From assembly GCA_010093995.1 (NCBI GenBank), contig ML992509.1:1263850-1327849 (forward strand): 64,000 nucleotides of DNA. The letters run 5' to 3'. Source of the DNA: Elsinoe ampelina. Taxonomy: Eukaryota. Under the pieces are notes generated by a model, which did not search any database, was not told the DNA's origin, and saw nothing but the letters and a program-made list of their open reading frames with translations. Made by a program: the position numbers and the translations under genes. Shown piece by piece: positions 10,266 through 19,625 of this stretch (positions are counted from its first letter, which is position 1; each line of letters starts with the position of its first letter).

Positions 10266-12596
10266 TCATTCCCCCTTCTTCCCCTCCCCTCCCCCCTCTT
10301 CCTCCCCCTTCCTCACAACATGATGCTCAGGATGCCTATCCGACGCCCCAATCGTCTGGCCCTGATTCATCACCGTTCCCCTCCTCGTGACATCCACCCC
10401 TTGCTCACTACCCACCTGCTCCTTATCAATCTCCTCCTTCTCAATCTCCTCCTTCTCCCTCTCCCCGCCCTCGACCTCCTCCCCCTTCTCCCCTTTCCCA
10501 TCGCTCCCCGCCTCCTCCCGTGGCTCGTTGCTCTTCTCCCCTGCAACCTCCTGCCCACCTGGCCCTTCCCCATCGGGCCTCGAGCGCCGCGGATCCACGT
10601 TCCGCCAGTGCTCGACTCGCTTCTTCGCCTTCCACTCAAAGTCCCGCGCGACTTGCTCTCTGAACCTCCTCTCGCCTGTGCCTTCGATGCGGTCCAGCTC
10701 TTCTTCGTCGGAAGAGCTTACACTGCTTGCGAACGAGCTGCTCCTGCTTCGCTGGGTGAACACGACAGTTGCGCCACCTTGGGACTTCTTCTTTCGCTCG
10801 CGTTGCTCGTCCTTGAGTTTGCCCATTTTTTCGGCGTCACTTTGACAGTCCAAGGTGCGGACGTGAAGGCCTGGGAAGGAACGGTTGAAGAAGGTTCGGA
10901 GTAAGGGGAGGAGGTGGGCGGCGGGGCGGTAGGTGCCGCTGTCGTTGTCGATGATGAGTTCGTATTCCGAGGGGTCGAGTGGGACGCCGTCGTCGCCGGT
11001 CTCGTAGGCGACGGGAGTGTCAGGCTTGACTTTGCCGCCAGCGGTTTCGTTGGCGTTGGATGTGGCTTCTTCATCGTCTGAAGCGGAGGGATCGGCGTCG
11101 GCGACAGGCTTGGATGGGTCTGGGGAGAGGTGCTTGGAGGATGATGTGGAGGGCTTGAGTTTGTGGCGGGCCTTGAGAGGACTGGGCGACCGAGACTTGC
11201 CGGAGGGTGATGGCGATGAGGGACGGAGAGAGGAGCCGGACGACTTCTTGCGGTGCGAAGAAGGACGATAACGACGGAGAAAGAACTCACCCGAAAAGGC
11301 GATGTAAGCTTCCACATCGCTGTGCATCGAATGTTTCGACAACATGTCGATGCCAAATTCCTTACCAGTCTCGGTGAAGCGGAATTGACCGTCCAGAGTC
11401 AGGACATAGGTGAAGATGCGGCCGCCTCGATCGTAGTGAACCAATTCGAGGAATCGCTTCGTGATGGCCTGTGGGTCATCTACGGGTACATATCCCCAGA
11501 CTGTAGACCTGTCGTAGTTGTACACTCGAGCATGTTGGTGATGCAGAGCTTTGTTGAAGAGATAACCTCGTGGGCCAGATCGAGTGAACATGCCTTTGAC
11601 GAATGGCTTGAACTCGACATAGCGGTGATATAGCTCAGCAGGTACCGGGCCAGGAAGCTGCATCTGGTTGGCCTGAAAGTTGTAGCGCTGAGCGCTCGAC
11701 TTTTTCTTCTTCTTGGATTCTGCCTCGGGGCCAGCGCCTTCACCTTGCTTCTCAGACTGTTCCTTTGGAGCTTCTTCCGGGTTAGATTCACGCTCCTCCT
11801 TCATGCCCGTCATGCGGCCAAGCATAGGCGAGTAGTGCTTTACCCACCAGCATGGCCCAACAGTGTAGGCCCGGCCGCCGGATTCGTCCTTGGTTCTTCC
11901 CAACACTTCAACACTCATTATCAGCTCGCCGTGCATATGTGGCGAGTTGCCCAAACAAGTGGAGATTGCTCGAATGACATATGCTCGTTTGCTACCCATG
12001 CGCTTTTTGATGGCATAGTGTTGCTCCTTGATACCGGGATAGTCCTCATTGATGTGGTCAACGCTGATGTGGGCATTTCCCAAGCGATCATCGTGATCTG
12101 CTGGGTCTTCGTCCATGACGCGAGCTTTGAGCTTGAAGCCGGACGAAGGCACATTTGCTATGATCCATTCGCTGTTCCATACCGGGTCCGTCTTCCTACG
12201 AATGGTATGTGTTCGGAACGTCAATGGTGGATCCTCCTTGTGTCGCTGGGGAAGACTGATGTTCAATTGAGCAAGGACGTAGGGATCCGAGCTGAACGAG
12301 TTGAGATCAGCCATGGGGAGATTGGTCGCTCGGTTGAAGGTGATTTTGACGGTCCATCCTGGCGGGCCAACAGGAATTGGTGTCGAGTCATATCCACCGG
12401 CCGGCTCTTTCTTTGACTTGCCATGTGTCAATGATTTTGTAGGTTTTGCGAGGTGCAGGTGTTGAAGGCCATGGGCGGAGTCCTTGCCGTCGTCAGGTGG
12501 AGGCGCGGAGACGGGCTGCTTTTCGGCTTCGCTCGTTGACGTGCCGGACATGCTCTGTGGGGTCTTGGGAGGGGCCTTTTCTGTTGCTTCGGCCAT
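10266..12596 (-). CDS. C2-domain protein, fungal family of unknown function
   Basis: 776-aa ORF with a C2 domain (ATNLPMADLNSFSSDPYV...VMDEDPADHDDRLG) and conserved-looking blocks FTETGKEFGIDMLSKHSMHSD and IDNDSGTYRP. Confidence 0.85.
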   Translation of the reverse strand: MAEATEKAPPKTPQSMSGTSTSEAEKQPVSAPPPDDGKDSAHGLQHLHLAKPTKSLTHGKSKKEPAGGYDSTPIPVGPPGWTVKITFNRATNLPMADLNSFSSDPYVLAQLNISLPQRHKEDPPLTFRTHTIRRKTDPVWNSEWIIANVPSSGFKLKARVMDEDPADHDDRLGNAHISVDHINEDYPGIKEQHYAIKKRMGSKRAYVIRAISTCLGNSPHMHGELIMSVEVLGRTKDESGGRAYTVGPCWWVKHYSPMLGRMTGMKEERESNPEEAPKEQSEKQGEGAGPEAESKKKKKSSAQRYNFQANQMQLPGPVPAELYHRYVEFKPFVKGMFTRSGPRGYLFNKALHHQHARVYNYDRSTVWGYVPVDDPQAITKRFLELVHYDRGGRIFTYVLTLDGQFRFTETGKEFGIDMLSKHSMHSDVEAYIAFSGEFFLRRYRPSSHRKKSSGSSLRPSSPSPSGKSRSPSPLKARHKLKPSTSSSKHLSPDPSKPVADADPSASDDEEATSNANETAGGKVKPDTPVAYETGDDGVPLDPSEYELIIDNDSGTYRPAAHLLPLLRTFFNRSFPGLHVRTLDCQSDAEKMGKLKDEQRERKKKSQGGATVVFTQRSRSSSFASSVSSSDEEELDRIEGTGERRFREQVARDFEWKAKKRVEHWRNVDPRRSRPDGEGPGGQEVAGEKSNEPREEAGSDGKGEKGEEVEGGEREKEEIEKEEIDKEQVGSEQGVDVTRRGTVMNQGQTIGASDRHPEHHVVRKGEEEGGGEGKKGE

Positions 12597-13887
12597 ATCG
12601 ATAATAGTGGTTGTATAAAAACAGGCAAAGGATCTCTACAAGGAGGAACGACTCGAGTAATTTCAAGGATGGGTCGCCTATTGATAGTGTCTTTGCATGG
12701 CGCAGTCTGTCGCAAATCCGAGATGTGGCTGTCGCAACGTCGCACACGGCCGCAGTCGTCAGGTAAATGTCTGAGTGGTTACAGGTCAAGGCAAAAGGAA
12801 GGGAATTAAAGGATGCATCCAAAAGATAAGAGAGAGGCCACCAGGACCCTCGTATAGCGGTCGCATTACTCTCGGTAATGGCTGGAGGGGGCTGACCAGT
12901 TCCATCTCTCCCGGATCCAACTCTTTGCGAATTTCCTGCACGGTGACGTCTCCCGGTCCACGATTCCCGCCGCTAACATGTCCCAAAAAGCTTGTCAAAG
13001 CTTGTCTCGTTCATCACGGTTCGTCTATTCTCCACTTGATTTGTCGATATCCACAACCTTTTGTCTCTTTCGTGCATCGTCCTGCAGACCTTGACATGTT
13101 TCTCACGGATATAGCCACGAATATGTGGCTTGAGAGGATTTCTCCCGCCAAAGTAAAAGGCTGCCGTCCCTTTACGCCACAACCCCTTGATTCCCGTGTG
13201 TGCCGCGAGCTGACGACGACTTTTCGGTCTTCTTTCCGTGCAACCAAACAGCGTCAGATGCGATTATAGCATTTGCGGCTTGTGCACGAGAGCTTTGTCG
13301 ACAAATTATCTCCGACTTGCGGACGCGAAGGACGGTCGCGTCATACTACAGGACCGAGGCAATCTTGCTGATACTGTAGATTAAAGAAAACCCAAGCTTT
13401 GACCTTGGTGACATTGGTGCCATTCGACTTGCATATGGAAATAATAGACAATCCTCGGTTGGCTTGAATGCATCTTTAAAGTATGGTTGCATAAGAAGGT
13501 AGCTCCGCAGTGTGTCGGCATTCTCAAGGTGGTTGAAAAATTTACTCAAGGTATCTCTGCCGGCCAAATCTTCTTCACGAATTATAGCAACCACCATCCA
13601 TTGGCTCTTCTGTACAAGGTAGAGTCGGAGAATACTCCTACAATGATTGTGCATTCCAGTTTTCATCACTCCCTGTGGATGCGGCGGGTGTTCCTGAATC
13701 CTTGGCATTCGATCCCGACGGTGCACGTCATTCTGAGCTGCCCTGAGCTCGACCACGTGCGGAGAAACACTGCCATCCTTGACATGAACTGTTCCCTTGC
13801 GGCTCTCGTCTCCAGCTCATACCACTATCAACCCGATACGACTCAATTGACTGCTTTTCCGACCCCGGTACTCGTCAAAAGCTCACG

Positions 13888-15108
13888 ATGAAGCTCATCA
13901 CCGCCATTGCAGCATTTGCGCTGACCCTACTATCCCCTGCTCAAGCCATTCACATACCAGCGCAACAAGCTTTTGAGCTATCCTCACAGTTACCAATTTC
14001 TGATCTGTTCGAATCATCTCGCACAAACGACCTCATCAACCTCCACAAGAACCTCACCGAGATCGAATCCATCAGTGGGAATGAGCTCGCAGTCGGGAAA
14101 TGGCTCACCCAGTCGCTGGAGTCTCAAGGTTACCAAGTCGAGGCGCAAGAGGTGGCTAAAGATCGTTACAATATCTTTGCATGGCCAGGCAAAAACCGCA
14201 ATCCTCGCCTCCTCATCACCTCACATATCGACACTGTCCCGCCCTTCATTCCCTACAACACGACCTCCACGAAAGCCAGCACCACCATTTCCGGCCGAGG
14301 CTCTGTCGACGCAAAAGGCAGCGTGGCAGCCATGATCATCGCAGCGAATGGTCTTCTCGACTCTGTAGAAGTGACGCCCAACGACTTTGCCTTCCTCTTT
14401 GTAGTCGGCGAAGAAGTCCACGGCGACGGCATGCGCGCGGCCAACAAACTCAATCTCACACCAAAGAGCATCATCTTCGGTGAGCCCACAGAAGGCAAGC
14501 TCGCCAGCGGCCACAAAGGCATCACCGTCTTCGAAGTCAAAGCTCAAGGCAAAGCAGCCCACTCAGGCTACCCCTGGCTCGGCCGCAGTGCCAACCAGGT
14601 CCTCGTCCGCGCTCTCAACGCCCTCCTCGATCTCGAGCCCTCCCTCCCGAAAAGCGATCGCTACGGGGTCACGACCCTCAACATCGGCCAGATCACCGGT
14701 GGAGTCGCAGCCAATGTCGTTGCCGAAGAGGCACGCGCAAAAGTGGCCATTCGCATCGCCGATGGCTCGCCCGAGGACATTCAAGACATGGTGACAAAGG
14801 CAGTAGAGGACGCGACGAAAGATTTCCGGGACGACAAGGGGAACAAGGTGGTCAGTCTTGACTTCTTAGGAGCGGGCTACGGACCTGTCCCGCTGGACAC
14901 TGACGTTCCGGGCTTTGACAAGGAGGCGGTGAATTACGGGACTGATGTACCGAATCTTAAGGTCACGGTGGATGGGCAGAAGAGGTATCTGTATGGGCCT
15001 GGGAGTATTCATGTCGCGCATGGAGCGGATGAGGCGTTGACGTTGGCGGATTTGGAGTTGGCGGTCAAGGATTACAAGAGGTTGATATTGCATTGTTTGA
15101 GGCTGTAG
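13888..15108 (+). CDS. Secreted M20-family metallopeptidase (acetylornithine deacetylase-like)
   Basis: Signal peptide followed by M20 motifs SHIDTVPP, GRGSVDAKG, VGEE, GEPT, AAHSGYP and VAHGADE. Confidence 0.9.
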   Translation: MKLITAIAAFALTLLSPAQAIHIPAQQAFELSSQLPISDLFESSRTNDLINLHKNLTEIESISGNELAVGKWLTQSLESQGYQVEAQEVAKDRYNIFAWPGKNRNPRLLITSHIDTVPPFIPYNTTSTKASTTISGRGSVDAKGSVAAMIIAANGLLDSVEVTPNDFAFLFVVGEEVHGDGMRAANKLNLTPKSIIFGEPTEGKLASGHKGITVFEVKAQGKAAHSGYPWLGRSANQVLVRALNALLDLEPSLPKSDRYGVTTLNIGQITGGVAANVVAEEARAKVAIRIADGSPEDIQDMVTKAVEDATKDFRDDKGNKVVSLDFLGAGYGPVPLDTDVPGFDKEAVNYGTDVPNLKVTVDGQKRYLYGPGSIHVAHGADEALTLADLELAVKDYKRLILHCLRL

Positions 15109-15469
15109 AGCAGGTGGTAAGAGGAGGAAAGAAGGAATGATTGGGCTGGGGTACTAGACATATCACGAGGTTGGGAAGATATACCCCGTACATATTACAT
15201 CTGGATACGCATGTATGCCATCTGAAGCTTGCGCCGTTGTTGCACGTGCGTATTGTCACTACTTCCGTTGAAAATGACAGATGGTAGATGATATAGCAAG
15301 GGTGTATTGCAACTGCTATGAACCGAGCTTACTAGCTGCTTCGAGCGGCCGATGCCCCAATCCTTCTAGATTGTGCACAGGCGAGATACTGGTAGCTCAC
15401 AGCAACGATCATCATCACCTTTCCCCCCTCCCCCCATTCTCAAAGTCAAATCATATGAACATGCAAATC

Positions 15470-15665
15470 AAGTGTTTGGTCCACACAAGTCCCATCCTCC
15501 CATCCGACCCCACAAAGAGGATCTGAAAAGGACGGGGTGGAGCGGACCGCCCGTTTTGTCTGTACAGGCTGTTTCGTTTTCCCACAGAGACCTTGCATGA
15601 AAAGTTACTCGCGAATCCATGGAGAGAGGACGGGGAGCAGGCAAATAGTGGTTTGTTTGGTACAT
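15470..15665 (-). ncRNA. Candidate box H/ACA snoRNA
   Basis: On the minus strand: H box AGACAA (15561-15556), then a 3' hairpin (15548-15478) with lower stem GGUCC/GGACC, an internal pocket and upper stem CCCGUCCUUUU/GGGAGGAUGGG. ACA at 15475-15473 lies 15-16 nt below the upper stem. The 5' hairpin and 5' end are uncertain. Confidence 0.5.
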
Positions 15666-16803
15666 CACAAATCATGACGACGTGGCAGAAGATGTGTCGG
15701 GTGTCGTAGCTAAAGGGAGAATGAGGGGAGAATCGACAGAGGGATTCGAGAGTGTAGAGTCGTCCAAGCCAGGGAGAGTGGTCGTTGGGTGCGAGCTGGT
15801 GTGGTGTGGTACCTACCTCCTCCTCTCATGCAGCCACGTCTTTCTCCCTAACCAACTATCCTAGCTCTTTACCCCCGGACTCTTCATCCAAGATACACCC
15901 GCGAAGAGAAAAAAGAAAAGAATATAAAGCAGCGCAGGTGACCCCCCGCCCACCTCGAGCCCGATACATTTTCTGCACCGAGACCCGACGAAAAATCGAG
16001 AGGCCTAAAAGCCGCTTCTGGTCGCGTTCGCTCTGGTACGCCAATATGACCTACTATCCCACTGCGATGACGGCGTGAGAGCCGGGATGGCGGTTGATTA
16101 TGCGTTCGTATGATTTTTTTTCATGAAGTGTATGAGAGAAGAGGAAAGAGAGGATCGGGCGAGGAAGAGAATTTGAGGTGGAGAGAGGCGGGTGGGAGGG
16201 CCGGACAGCCGCGTGGGGGAGGAGGTTTGCAGTGTTTTCATCATCATTCTGGATCTGTATCATCACTGAGGGAGAGGAGCATCGTAGCAAGGCTGACAAG
16301 TGGTGAACGCGGATGAACAGATGGGCTTGTGATTTGCTTGAAATGTGATGGCTACATGTCTGTTGTTGTTGTTGGCAGGCTTGTTGCTGCTCATTCTCGC
16401 GGAACATGCTTCGCCATGCTGGTATTGGGACGCCTGAAGGCGGTCAGAGTGTCGAATTATACTGCTCATTCCAGTCCTGGCCGTACTGACACAATCTCAT
16501 TTGTATGACGGTGAAAAGCTATGCAGTGCTAAATTTACGCAAGGCAAGCGTTGATGGTAAAGGTTTCTATTGGGGGCGCTGACAAGCTTCGTCAGACACC
16601 TCCATACTCTATGATTAGAGACAAGTATGACATGTGCTTGAACCGAAAGTCGGGCCAAAGGGTATCTATGCAGTTGAAGAAATGCCGATGCTTGTCAATC
16701 GTGATCGTGCCCCTCATGTGTACACAGCTAATGCTTTTCTATTCCATGCTCTTTGATCATGCCGTGCGAGATCCTACCCTTCACAACGGCTTCGAGGTAA
16801 TGA

Positions 16804-19625
16804 TCATGAAATCTGCGTGAATCGGGGGTCTGAACCAAGTTGAAGCCCCATGAAGTTGTCCAAAAGACGTGTCACAAGACGAGAAGTATATGCTTGACGA
16901 TGATCGACAGGAAGATTGGTGCTCTTCTTCGCACGAAGATAGTCCGCTGTCGAGATATCAGTAAAAGCAGCCAACAGGCGACTGGGCATGCCCACCTTGA
17001 GAAGCCATGAGATTCTGGAGTCCATGAATAAAGGTAATCTCGGCACCATCCTCTGGCCTCGTGCCTATGTAGTCGGACAATTTGGCGTACGAAACATTCC
17101 TCATATGATATTTGTTGTGGAAGAGGGCGACCAAGAACGCGTATTGCTCGTCAATGGTCTTGCACTCCATTAGAGTCTCGTGTCGAGCTGCCCAAATGTC
17201 CCTCTGCCCACGCAAAATCCTCGCGTCGGATCGCATGTGAATGAGTTGTTGGCAATACTCGAGCACCATGGCAAAGCCCAAGACAATACAAAAGGCTGTC
17301 AGCCATGTTGCTTCCTTGTTGGTCCATGCCTTGAGCTTCGAGTTCAAATATGCAAGGATCCTCAGGTATGCGTCGTGTCTGATGCGACTGAAGTAAAATT
17401 TGAGCTGGTGACTGGCGATACGTGGCGATGGATAATCTCCAAATTCATTCGCCGAACCACCGCGTTTCAGATGAGGGAGGATTGTCGTTGCAAAGATGTC
17501 CTTGGGGATGCTGAAGGTTGTGGTCATGATGTTTGTGGCAATCAGCATGCGTAAGACTTCTTTGAGTTGTTCGCGAAGCACCTGTACGGATTAGCGTGTT
17601 TCGAGCCTTGAATGATACTGGCGTCACTCACAGTCTCTGTCCTTGGAGCATCGCGATACAAGACGCAGACGAGCCTCAAAAGCTCTTGTTGAAAGATATG
17701 TTCATCCTCGAAGCATTTGTCCGCGAATTCACCGAGGTGATGACTGATGATCCTGTTGATGAATTGATCGCATTGTGCATACCCTTGTTCTTCCAATCTG
17801 AGCAGACCGAGCAAAGGCGTTTTGACTCGTGTCGGTGCGGCGTCTTGTTTAGGATACATGACTGTGTAATGTATGTCATCGTCTTGAGGCACAAACTCCC
17901 ACATTTGTATCCAGTTGATTGTTGGGCCACAACCACAAGCCAAGGGTACGAACAAGCCAGCTTCCTGGGAGTCACTCCATCTGAAGACTCTCTGCGTCAT
18001 GAAGTCATGAAGTGCATCGGCGGAGTTCGCTTCTGTCAGTGAGACTGATCGTCGTGAGTACCAAGCAGAGCGCGTTCTAGTGACATACTGACCTGGCAGA
18101 AAGTCACCGACGAGCCACTCAAGTTTTCTTCGATCACATCCGAGGATGCGCGAAGACCAAAGATGTGATCTCTGGGCCGATTGTTGGCATCGAATGCATG
18201 GCTCATTTGGATCGCACTGGAAGATTGTCAAAGGTGGATCTACAAAGTCAGTGTGAGCTTCTTACTTTATCTGTAGATGTGGTGTCAGTCGGATTCGTAA
18301 CCAGAAGACGGGCACGTTACATACCCCTTTGCATCGCACACCTCCAGCAGGAGCGAACTTTTCTCATCTCTGCGGCTTCCTCACGGGTCTGACGCTTTAC
18401 GCGCTTGCCCTTTGGACGACCCCCACGTTTCTTAGAGGATTCGCCAGAAGAGGAAGTGTTCCCTTGAGTGGATCTGGTATTGCGGGATTGTCTCCTGGCT
18501 GCAACTCTGGGTGTAGGGAGTTGGCGCAAGGGCGAAGCATCACCGGAAGCTGGGTTCAGAGCGACAGGATGCGACGGTATGGATAGTTCTTGGTGGATGC
18601 ACTGGGCCGATGGCTGATTTTGTGCTTCGTTTCTAAGGCTCATGGGGCCCCATGGCTCATTCGTGTGCCACGTGGGCTGCGGCGCGGTGCGCGGAACTTG
18701 ACTCCTACGAGATTTAGCGTGATGCACCTATGTAGCTATACCTTGGTACATACCCCATTCCATATTGAGACGGGAAATAGGCTGCAGTCGCAGCAGCAGG
18801 CGGTAGTGCCCTGGTGATGGCTTGCGATTGTGACAGCGATTGTGCGGTCCCGAGATTGGGCGGACTGAGATAGCGGTAATGCATACCGACTGAGCCAGTG
18901 TCATTGAGAGCTTCACCGGTCCATGAAGCTATGGGTGGTGAGGTGTATGCGGCAGTAGCGGCTTGTGTGACGGAAGTGCCGTCATGATTTGCGGAGCTCT
19001 GCGCTGGCATTCCGTAGTCAGGACTGTATCCGTAGTTCAAGTCCCCAGCGCTTGAGGGCATCATGTGCGCTTGTGCATGCTGGTAAGACGCTTGTGGATC
19101 CGCGGCGGCGGGAGCATGGCTTTGAGGCGCGGTGGTGGGATACCAGGTATTGGGCATCGCTGCAAGAGCTTCGGGTCCAGAGTTGGAAGTCTGAGGCCAA
19201 GCATCAGATGGGAGGGACCCATGTCCAGGATGTGTCGGTTCCATGTGAGCATTCTCCCCAAAGTTGAATTTTTCAAAAGTGTCAAAATGTCCAGGCGATA
19301 GAAAGTCGGTCGATAGCTCTAGTATATCACTGCCACCTCCCAGCCAATATTGTGTTGGAGATGAATGATCAGTGTTGGCCGACAGTGGCACTCCACTGGA
19401 CGAACCCTGAGTTGGCGAAAGTGTCGGTGGAGGCGGCTGCATTAGAGCGAAATTAGAGCTGAAAGAGGCATTGCCGGCGCAGTTGATGCCCTGTGGCACG
19501 GTTGTGCCTTGGCAGAAGAAGAGAGAGAGATCATGGCTCGAGTTCTCGTAGTAGGCCAGCTGAGCCTCCAAGGGATCGATCGGGTGGAAGCCGGGTATCA
19601 CCGCCTGTTCCGGAGGGTACGCCAT
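16804..19625 (-). CDS. Zn(II)2Cys6-type fungal transcription factor
   Basis: Exons 19625-18754, 18704-18325, micro-exon 18270-18266, 18216-18093, 18032-~17632, 17581-~16996, ~16946-16804. Spliced cluster CWRCAMQRDKCDPNEPCIRC...C preceded by basic KKRGGRPKGKR. Confidence 0.82.

Noticed and set aside
13346..13891. Overlapping 134-136 aa ORFs upstream of the M20 gene
   Set aside because: No recognisable domain or coding-like composition; the region is probably promoter.
15846..15853. CCCTAACC as a telomerase RNA template on the plus strand
   Set aside because: G-U pairs and the U-rich pseudoknot loop point to the minus strand, and the 8-mer is short enough to occur by chance.
16228..16270. C/D snoRNA suggested by minus-strand TGATGA boxes
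   Set aside because: No terminal CTGA D box, and the segment is too short.
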